Origin: Eledone cirrhosa
Taxonomy: Eukaryota
Reading direction: 5' to 3'
Assembly: GCA_964016885.1 (NCBI GenBank)
Contig: OZ024743.1
Coordinates: forward strand, 377,208,001-377,272,000
Length of the DNA: 64,000 nucleotides
The notes under the pieces are model-generated. The model did not search any database, had not been told where the DNA came from, and saw only the letters and a program-made list of their open reading frames with translations. Within the stretch, counting starts at the first letter, position 1, and the number at the start of each line of letters is the position of its first letter. The position numbers and the translations under genes were made by a program. Positions 10,160 through 24,800 of the stretch are shown in pieces.

Positions 10160-10827
10160 GAGTGAAAGAGATAGAAAGAGACATGCAGACAGACAGAAGG
10201 GTCAAAATGAGCGAAACGTCAACTAGAAGTCATAATAGATGATGGTAGAAATTCGTTGAAGATTGCCAAAGAGAATTTATAATATCTGTGTTATTTTGTC
10301 TAGATGGACCATTAAATAGACTTTAGCCAAGCAAAAATTGCACTAAACTCTTCAGTTATATTCCAGTAATTGCTGAACCGTAAAATTATAAATTAACTCT
10401 TTCCTTGGAGTGTCATGGCAGCAATAATTAGAATATATCCCTCCTCGCCCACACGAAGCGCCGTAAAATAACTCATAGCTTTTGACAGAATGTTCATTAA
10501 CTTGTAGCTAGATATGAGAGAGAGAAAAGGAGATAAAGATAGATAGTTAGAAAGAGAGAAAGAGAAAGAGAAAATGGCAGCCATGTTTACTCCTATGTCC
10601 ATTTAATCCAGTCATGAATCTAATAAAGAAACGGCTTTCTGAGGCCAGTCGTCTTGATCTGCTGCAGATCAGTAAATATTTAATGGCATGAGAGAAGATT
10701 GCTCCGACACTCTTCAGCAGAAGCAGTTATGGCGGCCATTTTACTGGAGCTACTAGCTGTATACAAACAGTCACACAGCTTAAAACAGCCATTGCATGCA
10801 TATTGCTAACATTTTACTAATTTCATT

Positions 10828-10835
<8 letters not shown>

Positions 10836-10904
<69 letters not shown>

Positions 10905-11054
10905 AACAAAGACTGACAAACGATGCACCAAAAACATCAGCTTGCATCGGGAGTACCTACGATGTTATATGACAAACTCCGAGTACCTACGATGTTATAT
11001 GCCAGTTTCCCATGTGTTTTACATAATATATATGTATGTAAGTATGTATATATA

Positions 11055-11115
<61 letters not shown>

Positions 11116-11204
11116 AGTGTGTGTGCGTGCGTGTGTGTGTGCGTGCGTGTGTGTGCGTGCGTGTGTGTGCGTGCGTGTGTGTGTGCGTGCGTGTGTGTGT
11201 GTGT
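10836..11204. repeat. (TA)n tract 10836-10902 and (TG)n/(TGCG)n tract ~11064-11204
   Basis: Read directly. Confidence 0.95.
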
Positions 11205-11231
11205 AATTTATGTTAAGCTGTTTACTAATGG

Positions 11232-12025
11232 GGAAAATATATACAGTCCTTCCTCTTTCTAGTCCGTAGAAATCAACCACATAAATAATCAATTAAACGA
11301 GGCTATAAGTTTTAAATGTAACTATGAAGAAATAATAGACAAATTCTCCGCGAAGAACAGTCAGATAAAATTTATCAGATAAAATTTATCAAGTCTTTCC
11401 TTTTAGCCCGTACAAATTAACTAGACAAATAATCAACTAAACGGAGCTAGGTCTAAAATATAAGTTAGAGGAAAAAGTGCATATAAACTTTACCAAAATT
11501 CCTCTAGTCCCGACTGTCGACAGTTTCGCTCGTTCTTTGTGGATATATCCGATCCTGGAATTATCCATGAGGCTTGGGGCACACCCCGAGTTTGAACTAA
11601 AATTTCTACAGTGATCACCGCCAGAAATGAATTCAAAAATGGCTAAGAATCATCACGTGGCTAGTGGTCAAGTTAGAAGGTTGTGATTGGTGGCCAGGCG
11701 GCGAGTAGGCTTGTTGCTAGAAAGCGCAGCCAGATACTGCTTAAAGTGTTACTCTATCTTACGGGAGTATATATTAAATTCATAGGGATATATGTATATA
11801 TTTAGACATATATTTAGACATAGTCACAGAGTGTGGCTACCTTTCACGGTGTGGCTCAATGAAAAAATTATTTAAACAAATAATTATTAATCAGAGGTAT
11901 ATATAAAATTGCAAGTTTGAAGAATTATTAGATAAAATATATACAGTCCTTCCTCTCCGGACTAGGGAGAGGAAGGACTGTATATATTTTATCTAATAAT
12001 TCTTCAAACTTGCAATTTTATATAT

Positions 12026-12026
<1 letters not shown>
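11232..12026. mobile_element. Probable Penelope-like pseudo-LTR remnant(s) with a degenerate hammerhead 3' half and a terminal fold-back
   Basis: Motif aaaatatatacagtccttcctct occurs at ~11233 and ~11934. Minus strand at 11527-11504 reads GAAA-CTGTCGACAG-TC-GGGACTAG. Perfect inverted repeat at 11898-12026. Confidence 0.45.
11898..12026. repeat. Perfect inverted repeat, 61-bp arms, 7-nt loop
   Basis: 11898-11958 is the reverse complement of 11966-12026; loop ggactag. Confidence 0.95.

Positions 12027-12034
<8 letters not shown>

Positions 12035-12116
<82 letters not shown>
12035..12116. repeat. (AG)n microsatellite
   Basis: Read directly. Confidence 0.97.
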
Positions 12117-12119
<3 letters not shown>

Positions 12120-12308
12120 ATATATATATATATATATATTTATTTATTTAGGTTTGATAGTTCACCACTTGATAGAAATGGTCATTCCGTATGGTCAACC
12201 TCGATGTAATATTATGGAGAGCACTCAACGTAATGCAACTCACCCGTCTTCGTTTGTGCAGTTGGTGGTGCGAGAATGGAGTTAAATATTATAAAATAAA
12301 TATACACG

Positions 12309-12360
<52 letters not shown>

Positions 12361-12365
<5 letters not shown>

Positions 12366-12536
12366 ATATTAAATAAATGGAAACTATATTTATAAAACCA
12401 TATTTATTTTATTATATATATTTCATTGATTTTATCTGATGAAAGTGTACCAATGTTGTCTTGGTTGCTCTTGAAATATATATAATAAAATAAATATGGT
12501 TTTATAAATATAGTTTCCATTTATTTAATATCATTG
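12361..12536. repeat. Perfect inverted repeat, 65-bp arms, 46-nt spacer (Penelope-like inverted pseudo-LTR)
   Basis: 12361-12425 is the reverse complement of 12472-12536; the spacer holds a hammerhead core. Confidence 0.92.
12429..12491 (+). ncRNA. Minimal type-I hammerhead ribozyme
   Basis: Stem I AUUUUAU/AUAAAAU; CUGAUGA 12436-12442; imperfect ~10-bp stem II; GAAA 12473-12476; palindromic stem III AUAUAUAU; predicted cleavage after AUA (12484). Confidence 0.72.
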
Positions 12537-12635
12537 AATATTTACTCCAGTAACTTGTTAAGTGCTATAAATCAGTTATAAACATTTATGTTTGTCGGAC
12601 TTCCAACAAATTAAATACAACTTCTACTTATATAT

Positions 12636-13290
12636 ATGTATGTAGAGAATGTTGAGAAGCCAGAGGGGATCACTAATGTAGGCGGGAAGCCGTTAGAATT
12701 GGTTGAGGCCTTCCTGTATTTGGGAGCAAAGATTGGGAATACGGAAGATGATGTGGTTGAGAGGAAGAGCAAAGCCTGGGCGGCGTGCCACAGCTTGAGA
12801 TCGGTGTGGAAGTCGGACCTTCGTAAAGACCTGAAAATCCGCCTCTTCATTGCTGTAGTGGAGTCTGTGCTGCTGTACGGGTCTGACACTTGGACACTGA
12901 CCAAGAAACTCACTCAGATGGTGGATGGGTGCTACACTAGAATGCTGAGGATGGCTCTGAACATTAATCAGTATACACTGAGGGTGAAAAACTCAGAGCT
13001 GTATGGGAGCATCCCAAAAGTCAGCTCAAAAGTGACACAGAGGAGACTGAGGTTAGCTGGACATGCTCACCGACATCCAGAGTTGACATTGCACTTAGTG
13101 CTCCTGTGGGAGCCCCTACATGGACACACTGGAAGAGGAAGACCAAGGTTTACGTATGTTGACGCCCTAAGGGCAGACACTGGTCTCTGGGAGACGCAGG
13201 ACATGGCAGCGATAATGAGGGACAGAGACCGCTGGAGAGAACTCGTCCATGGATCTCGGGAATGTTACCCGCTCTAGAGATGTATGTATG
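12636..13290 (+). mobile_element. 5'-truncated RTE-clade LINE fragment (RT thumb/C-terminal region, open frame to TAG 13277) with short (ATGT)n tail
   Basis: FLYLG, VESVLLYGSDTW, RRLRLAGH, GRGRP and DRDRWR motifs typical of RTE ORF C-termini. A short tandem tail directly follows the stop. Confidence 0.85.
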
Positions 13291-13352
13291 AACGCATGTA
13301 TTCGCCGCTGTCTTGTGGTCATGGTATAGGAGGCTGTATACTTATCGAAATA

Positions 13353-13486
13353 GGCGACCAATTGGCAGAGTCGTTAGTACGTTGGATAGAATATTTTGCA
13401 ATATTTGTTTCGGTTCTCTGTTCTCTCAGTTCAAATCCCGCCGTGATCAGTTATTTTTTCGAGGTCCATAATATAAAGTAGCAGTC
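13353..13486 (+). mobile_element. Degenerate tRNA-derived SINE
   Basis: A-box-like TGGCAGAGTCG 13363-13373 and B-box GTTCAAATCC 13429-13438. Resembles, from memory, the abundant octopus SINE (GGCGGCGAGCTGGCAGAATCGTTAG...GAGTTCAAATTCCGCCG); not verified by search. Confidence 0.7.
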
Positions 13487-13496
13487 CAGGTTTATA

Positions 13497-14093
<597 letters not shown>

Positions 14094-14364
14094 TATTGTT
14101 GATTATGTTATTGTTGTTTATGTTATTGTTGCAATGGCGGTCACAAGGAACAAGAAATGAAAAAAAAATGAACGCCAAAAAAAATCAGGAAAAAAAAGTA
14201 TGTCTGCCATCGCAATGTTGATACATGATAGCAATTACAAAAACAAAAAAAAACAGACGTCTTTAGAGAATAACAAAAAATAAAGAATAAAGAATATATC
14301 TATATATATATACATAAATTGATAAATAGTAAGTAAATAAATAGGTAAATAGATAATAGCTATG

Positions 14365-14420
<56 letters not shown>

Positions 14421-14429
14421 TATATATAG

Positions 14430-14484
<55 letters not shown>

Positions 14485-14663
14485 GTTATATATATAGTTA
14501 TATATATATATATATACATATATATATAAACGTTTAAATATATATATATATATATATATAGTTATATATATATGTGTGTGTGTAGATATATGTATATTTT
14601 TTATATATATATATTATAAGTATATATATATTATATTTATATATATATATATATGCCCCTCCC

Positions 14664-14698
<35 letters not shown>

Positions 14699-14703
<5 letters not shown>

Positions 14704-14840
14704 CAAAGGAATTGTGGTAAGGAACCAAATGGACCATAAAGCACCAGAGTACTCAATACTTAGGGTAGTAGAGTGGGAAATAGGAAAAAGTATGACCCCG
14801 ACGGCAGAGCTCAAGCCGTTTCGACGGCTATTTCTGTCCA
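14699..14840 (-). mobile_element. Penelope-like pseudo-LTR fragment with hammerhead 3' half, embedded in (TA)n
   Basis: Close inverted paralogue of 16245-16385. Minus strand reads GCCGTC-GAAA-CGGC-TTGAGCTCT-GCCG-TC-GGGGTC. Confidence 0.65.
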
Positions 14841-14886
14841 GATATATATATATATATATATAATCCCCCCTCCCATATATATGTAT

Positions 14887-14969
<83 letters not shown>

Positions 14970-15014
14970 TAGATAGATATATATAGATATATATAGATAT
15001 ATATAGATATATAG

Positions 15015-15085
<71 letters not shown>

Positions 15086-15686
15086 GGGGGGGGGGTAAAA
15101 TACAGAGATGTACGAAACATTTTCATATATGTAAAGGTTCATAAATATGGAAGACGAAGTTGAAGGAAAAAAAAAAGCTTTTTAATATAAATCACATTTG
15201 GAGTCAATCAAAAATAACATGGACATTATAGCAAAGTGGCAAGAGTGGGTGTTGTTGTTTGGTGTGAGCCTGCGTGATCAGGGAATCTATTTGTAATAGA
15301 TCATCTGTCATAATAACTCCATGATAGTAAGTTCAATATAGAGTAACACACCACTCCCCTTCAGCATCACCTGAATCACTGCTACATCGCTTTCTCCTCT
15401 TAGATCTCATTCCTGTTTTGTATTATGGTTTATCACTTGTCACCTTCAACTTTACATTCCCTATCATTTTATATATATATAGATATATATACACACACAA
15501 ACACACACACACACATACTCACACATGCACACACATATATATATATATATATATACATATATATATTTACACACACACATATATATATGCATGTATACAC
15601 GCACACACATACATATATATGCATATACACACACACACATATGTATATATATATACACACACACACGCATATATATATATATATAT

Positions 15687-15776
<90 letters not shown>

Positions 15777-15989
15777 TATGTGTAGAAGTAAACACAGTAA
15801 ACCCGTGTCTAAAATTACGAGGGTAGATTACACCACAAATGTTATATATCATTCAACCTGAATGATATGGGATGTTACATGATTTCTTACTAGATATCTC
15901 ATACATACCATATGTATCTATATCTGCAGGGTATCGATATGAGTGAATAACTCTATATTTTATTTGTATTTATATATATATATATATTC

Positions 15990-16385
<396 letters not shown>

Positions 16386-16485
16386 ATATATATATATATA
16401 TATTCATTTATTTATATATATATATATATATTCATTTATTTATGTATATATATATATATATTCATTTATATATATATATATATTC

Positions 16486-16557
<72 letters not shown>

Positions 16558-16597
16558 TATATATATATATATATATATAAACGGAAAAAATGAAACG

Positions 16598-16632
<35 letters not shown>

Positions 16633-16886
16633 TATGCATGTATACGTACTTACATATATGTATACAGACGTACAGTAGCATGCACATATATATATATATA
16701 TACATATATATATACATATGCATACAGGTACACATACATATATGCACGTATCAGTTTAGCGGCGCTTATTATAACGTCGCTTTGTTCGTTTGTAAACAAA
16801 CTGAACAGCCTGAATTTATGCTCAGCCGTAAATTTTCATAAGGAAAGTATATACTTTCGAACGTTCAACTATCTGGCAGATGGGTA

Positions 16887-16931
16887 AACGGTGCTGATGA
16901 TAGCTAACAAGCTTGAAACTAGTACATCGTT
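16887..16931 (+). ncRNA. Minimal type-I hammerhead ribozyme, unit 1
   Basis: Stem I AACGGUG/CAUCGUU; CUGAUGA 16894-16900; stem II (U)AGCU-AACA-AGCU(U); GAAA 16915-16918; palindromic stem III ACUAGU; predicted cleavage after GUA (16924). Confidence 0.82.
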
Positions 16932-17346
16932 CCTGTGTCAGTGTTGAACAAAAAGGTGACGTGGTTGCCTTAACACCGTATGGCATAAATTCAGGCTGTT
17001 CAGTTTGTTTACAAACGAACAAAGCGACGTTATAATAAGCGCCGCTAAACTGATACGTGCATATATGTATGTGTACCTGTATGCATATGTATATATATAT
17101 ATATATGTGCATGCTACTGTACGTCTGTATACATATATGTATGTACGTATACATGCATACTTACATTTAAGTAAGTGCCATACTAAGAGTGAGAAATGAA
17201 ATTTCGTTTTCATTTTGTTTCAATTTATCGTTTTCGGTATGCCTGACCGATTTAACTCACTCAATATGCAAATTAGGCTGCTCAGCCGTTAATTTTCATA
17301 AGGAAAGTATATACTTTCGAACGTTCAACTATCTGGCAGATGGGTA

Positions 17347-17391
17347 AACGGTGCTGATGATAGCTAACAAGCTTGAAACTAGTACATCGTT
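17347..17391 (+). ncRNA. Minimal type-I hammerhead ribozyme, unit 2 (identical to unit 1)
   Basis: Same sequence at +460 nt; predicted cleavage after 17384. Confidence 0.82.
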
Positions 17392-17690
17392 CCTGTGTCA
17401 GTGTTGAACAAAAAGGTGACGTGGTTGCCTTAACACCGTATGGCATAAATTCAGGCTGTTCAGTTTGTTTACAAACGAACAAAGCGACGTTATAATAAGC
17501 GCCGCTAAACTGATACGTGCATATATGTATGTGTACCTGTATGCATATGTATATATATATGTATATATATATATGTGCATGCTACTGTACGTCTGTATAC
17601 ATATATGTATGTACGTATACATGAATACTTACATTTAAGTAAGTGCCATACTAAGAGTGAGAAATGAAATTTCGTTTTCATTTTGTTTCA

Positions 17691-17739
<49 letters not shown>

Positions 17740-17976
17740 CATATATACATATATACATATATACATCTACACAAACTCACACACACTCACACACACAAGT
17801 GTCTCTTCTCTTTCTTCCCAGATCTTCCTCGAACTTTCTCTTCTCTTTTCTTTTCTTTCTTTATCTCTATCTTACTTTCCTTCCAATACTTTCATCTTTA
17901 CCAAAACTAATCAACTAACAAAGATTTTTAGTAACCTGTACTCACATAAAGTACATTTCACAGGGCTATTTAATAT

Positions 17977-18059
<83 letters not shown>

Positions 18060-18231
18060 CTTTCGTTCAGCCTCTCTTATTCTTTGTCTCGGACACTTAG
18101 TCCTTCTATCTCTACTTCTTAACCACTTTATGTCTGTTTTCTCTCTCTCTCTATATATATATATATAAATATATATATCCCTTTGCCTTTCTCACCCCTT
18201 CTTTCAGCCCGTGCCTCTTTCCCTTTCTTTA

Positions 18232-18339
<108 letters not shown>

Positions 18340-18884
18340 TATATATATATACATATATACATATACATGTATATATACATATATATACATATGTATATAT
18401 ATATGTCTATATATATATATATAAGTACATATATACATATATATATATATACATATATGTATATATATATATAAATGTGGGTGTGTGTGCATGTATATAT
18501 ATGTATGTATATTTATGTATGTATGTATGTATGTATGTATGTATGTATGTATGAATGTATATATGTTTACATATATATACTTTTCCCACTCTTTTAATGT
18601 CTTTCTTTATCTTTTTCTCTTTCTTGATCTCTCTCTCTCAGTTTCTCCTCTCTCCTCTTTCTCTTTCTCTATTTCTTTCTCTCTCTCTCCCATCTATTTA
18701 TCTGACTTCCTCGCTTAACCCACCCACCATCACTAACAACTGCACTGACCAACTACCCCCTCACCTATCTGAACCCTATCACCACACCACCACCACCACC
18801 ACTACCACTACTAGCACCACAGCCGCCATTTTCCAATTGTCTTATCTATTTTCCATTTCGTCGACATCCACTGCTGTTATATTT

Positions 18885-21800
18885 CCACCGCCAACACCAA
18901 CGCCATCACCACCACCATCAACACCAACACCACCACCATCAACACCAACTCTATCACCACCACCATCAACACCACCACCATCAACACCATCAACACTAAC
19001 ACCATCACCACCACCATCAACACCAACACCACCATCATCACCAACACCATCACCACCACCATCAACACCAACACCATCATCACCAACACCATCACCACCA
19101 CCATCAACACCAACACCAACACCATTAACACCAACACCATCACCACCACCAACAACACCAGCACATTCACCAGCACCGCCAACGCCAACACCATCACCAC
19201 CACCATCAACACCAATACCATCATCACCACCATCAACACCAACACCACCACAACCACCATCAACACCAACACTACCACCGCCAACACCAACACCATCACC
19301 ACCACCATCAACACCAACACTATCACCACCACTGCCAACACCAATACCATCACCACCACCATCAACACCAATACCATCACCACTACCATCAAGACCAACA
19401 CCATCACCACCACCATCAAGACCAAAACTATCACCACCACCGCCAACACAACACCATCACCAACACCATCACCACCACCGCCAACACCAATACCATCACC
19501 ACCACCATCAACAGCAATACCATCACTACCACCATCAACACCAACACCATCACCACCACCATCAACACCAATACCATCACCACCACCATCAACACCAATA
19601 CCATCACCACCACCATCAAGACCAACACCATCACCACCACCACCAACACCAGTACCATCACGACCACCATCAACACCAACACCATCACCACCACCGCCAA
19701 CACCAATACCATCACAACCACCATCAACACCAATACCATCACCACCACCATCAAGAACAACACCATCACCACCACCATCAACACCAATACCATCACGACC
19801 ACTATCAACACCAACACCATCACCACCACCATCAACACCAATACCATCACCACCACCATCAACACCAATACCATCACTACCACCATCAACACCAACACCA
19901 TCTCCACCGCCATCAACACCAATACCATCACCACCACCATCAACACCAACACCATCACCACCACCATCAACACCAACGCTATCACCACAACCATCAACAC
20001 CAACACCATCACCACCACCATCAACAACAATACCATCACTACCACCATCAACACCAACGCTATCACCACCACCATCAACACCAACCCCATCACTACCACC
20101 ATCAACACCAATACCATCACAACCACCATCAACACCAACACCATCACCACCACCATCAACGCCAATACCATCACGACCACCATCAATACCATCACCACCA
20201 CCATCAACACCAATACCATCACTACCACCATCAACACCATCACCACCACCATCAACACCAACACCATCACCAGCACTGCCAACACCAATACCATCACCAC
20301 CACCATCAACATCAACACCTACACCATCACCACCACCATCAACACCAATAGAATCACTAACACTATCAACACCAACACCATCACCACCACCATCAACACA
20401 AACACCATCACCACCACCATCAACACCAACACCATCACCACCACCATCAACACCAACACCATCACCACCACCATCAACACCAACACCATCACCACCACCA
20501 TCAACACCAACACCATCACCACCACCATCAACACCAACACCATCACCACCACCATCAACACCAACACCATCAGCACCACCATCAACACCAATACCATCAC
20601 GACCACCATCAACACCAATACCATCACCATCAACGCCATCACCATCAACACCACCATCAACACCAATACCATCACTACCACCATCAACACCAATACCATC
20701 ACCACCACCACCATCAACACCAACACCATCACCACCACCATCAACACCAACACTATCACCACCACCATCAACACCAACACCAATACCATCATCACCACCA
20801 CCATCAACACCAATACCATCACCACCACCATCAACACCATCACCATCACCACCACCATCAACACCAATACCATCACTACCACCATCAACACCAATACCAT
20901 CACCACCACCACCATCAACACCAACACCATCACCACCACCATCAACAGCGACACTATCACCACCACCATCAACACCAACACCATCACCATCACCATCAAC
21001 ACCAACACCATCACCACCACCATCAACACCAACACCATCACCACCACCATCAACACTAGCACCATCAGCATCACCACCAGCGCCAACACCACCACCATCA
21101 ACACCAATACCATCACCACCACCATCAACACCAGCGCCATCACGACCACCATCAACACCAATACCATCACCACCACCATCAACACCAATACCATCACTAC
21201 CACCATCAACACCAACACCATCACCACCACCATCAACACCAATACCATCACCACCACCATCAACACCAATACCATCACCACCACCATCAACACCAACACC
21301 ATCACCACCACTATCAACACCAATACCATCACCACCACCATCAACACCAATACCATCACCACCACCATCAACACCAACACCATCACCACCACCGTCAACA
21401 CCAATACCATCACCACCACCATCAACACCAATACCATCACTACCACCATCAACACCAACACCATCACCACCGCCATCAAAACCAATACCATCACCACCAC
21501 CATCAACACCAATACCATCACCACCACCATCAACACCAATACCATCACTACCACCATCAACACCAACACCATCAACACCACCATCAACACCAACACCATC
21601 TCCACCACCGCCAACACCAATACCATCACCACCACCATCAACACCAATACCATCACCACCACCATCAACACCAATACCATCACCACCAGCATCAACACCA
21701 ATATCATCACCACCACCATCAACACCAACACCATCACCACCACCGCCAACACCAACACCATCACCACCACCATCAACACCAATACCATCAATACCACCAT

Positions 21801-24800
21801 TAACACCAACACCATCACTACCACCATTAACACCAACACCATCACCACCACCGCCAACACCAACACCATCACCACCACCGCCAACACCAATTCCATCACC
21901 ACCACCATCAACACCAACACCATCATCACCAACACCATCACCACCACCATCAACACCAACACCAACACCATTAACACCAACACCATCACCACCACCAACA
22001 ACACCAGCACATTCACCAGCACCGCCAACACCAACACCATCACCACCACCATCAACACCAATACCATCATCACCACCATCAACACCAACACCACCACAAC
22101 CACCATCAACACAAACACTACCACCGCCAACACCAACACCATCACCACCACCATCAACACCAACACTATCACCACCACTGCCAACACCAATACCATCACC
22201 ACCACCATCAACACCAATACCATCACCACTACCATCAAGACCAACACCATCACCACCACCATCAAGACCAAAACTATCACCACCACCGCCAACACAACAC
22301 CATCACCAACACCATCACCACCACCGCCAACACCAATACCATCACCACCACCATCAACAGCAATACCATCACTACCACCATCAACACCAACACCATCACC
22401 ACCACCATCAACACCAATACCATCACCACCACCATCAACACCAATACCATCACCACCACCATCAACACCAATACCATCACCACCACCATCAAGACCAACA
22501 CCATCACCACCACCACCAACACCAGTACCATCACGACCACCATCAACACCAACACCATCACCACCACCGCCAACACCAATACCATCACCACCACCATCAA
22601 CACCAATACCATCACCACCACCATCAAGAACAACACCATCACCACCACCATCAACACCAATACCATCACGACCACTATCAACACCAACACCATCACCACC
22701 ACCATCAACACCAATACCATCACCACCACCATCAACACCAATACCATCACCACCACCATCAACACCAACACCATCACCACCACCATCAACACCAATACCA
22801 TCACTACCACCATCAACACCAACACCATCTCCACCGCCATCAACACCAATACCATCACCACCACCATCAACACCAACACCATCACCACCACCATCAACAC
22901 CAACGCTATCACCACAACCATCAACACCAACACCATCACCACCACCATCAACACCAATACCATCACTACCACCATCAACACCAACGCTATCACCACCACC
23001 ATCAACACCAACCCCATCACTACCACCATCAACACCAATACCATCACAACCACCATCAACACCAACACCATCACCACCACCATCAACGCCAATACCATCA
23101 CGACCACCATCAATACCATCACCACCACCATCAACACCAATACCATCACTACCACCATCAACACCATCACCACCACCATCAACACCAACACCATCACCAG
23201 CACTGCCAACACCAATATCATCACCACCACCATCAACATCAACACCTACACCATCACCACCACCATCAACACCAATAGAATCACTAACACTATCAACACC
23301 AACACCATCACCACCACCATCAACACAAACACCATCACCACCACCATCAACACCAACACCATCACCACCACCATCAACACCAATACCATCACTACCACCA
23401 TTAACACCAACACCATCACTACCACCATTAACACCAACACCATCACCACCACCGCCAACACCAACACCATCACCACCACCGCCAACACCAATTCCATCAC
23501 CACCACCATCAACACCAATAACATCATCACCACCATCAACACCAATACCATCACTACCACCATCAACACCAATACCATCACCACCACCATCAACACCAAC
23601 AGCATCACCACCACCGCCAACACCAATACCATCACCACCACTATCAACACCAATACCATCACCACCACCATCAACACCAATACCATCACCACCACCATCA
23701 ACACCAACACCATCACCACCGCCGTCAACACCAATACCATCACCACCACCATCAACACCAATACCATCACTAACACCATCAACACCAACACCATCACAAC
23801 CACCATCAACATCAACACCAGCACCATCAACACCAACACCATCACCACCACCGCCAATACCAATACCATCACAACCACCATCAACACCAACACCATCACC
23901 ACCACCATCAACGCCAATACCATCACGATCACCATCAATACCATCACCACCACCATCAACACCAATACCATCACTACCACCATCAAAACCATCACCACCA
24001 CCATCAACACCAATACCATCACCACCACCGCCAACACCAACACCATCACCACCATCATCAACACCTACACCATCACCACCACCATCAACACCAATAGAAT
24101 CACTAACACTATCAACACCAACACCATCACCACCACCATCAACACAAACACCATCACCACCACCATCAACACCAACACCATCACCACCACCATCAACACC
24201 AACACCATCACCACCACCATCAACACCAATACCATCACCACCACCATCAACACCAACACCATCACCACCGCCATCAACACCGACACCATCACCACCACCA
24301 TCAACACCAATACCATCACCACCACCATCAACACCAATAGAATCACTAACACTATCAACACCAACACCATCACCACCACCATCAACACAAACACCATCAC
24401 CACCACCATCAACACCAACACCATCACCACCACCATCAACACCATCACCACCACCATCAACACCAATACCATCACCACCACCATCAACACCAACACCATC
24501 ACCACCACCATCAACACCAACACCATCACCACCACCATCAACACCAACACCATCACCACCACCATCAACACCAATACCATCACCACCACCATCAACACCA
24601 ACACCATCACCACCACCATCAACACCAACACCATCACGACCACCATCAACACCAACACCATCACCACCACCATCAACACCAATACCATCACCACCACCAT
24701 CAACACCAATACCATCACCACCACCATCAACACCAATACCATCACCACCACCATCAACACCAACACCATCACCACCACCATCAACACCAACACCATCACT

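Larger units (their letters stand above)
16579..17696 (+). mobile_element. Penelope-like/retrozyme element: inverted partial copy plus two direct 460-bp units, each with a hammerhead
   Basis: Units start at 16821 and 17281 and are near identical. ~16630-16821 is the reverse complement of 16983-~17163. Flanked by (TA)n on both sides; no credible ORF. Confidence 0.8.

Noticed and set aside
10921-11001. 21-bp direct repeat at 30-bp spacing (10951, 10981) and a small CGATGCA/TGCATCG inverted pair
   Set aside because: Only two copies; most simply a local slippage duplication, with no supporting context.
13353-13445. tRNA gene
   Set aside because: A and B boxes are present but no cloverleaf can be formed; better explained as a SINE head.
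18822-18832. YY1-like site GCCGCCATTTT just before the array (similar motifs near 10571 and 10733)
   Set aside because: Short motifs expected by chance; no other promoter evidence.
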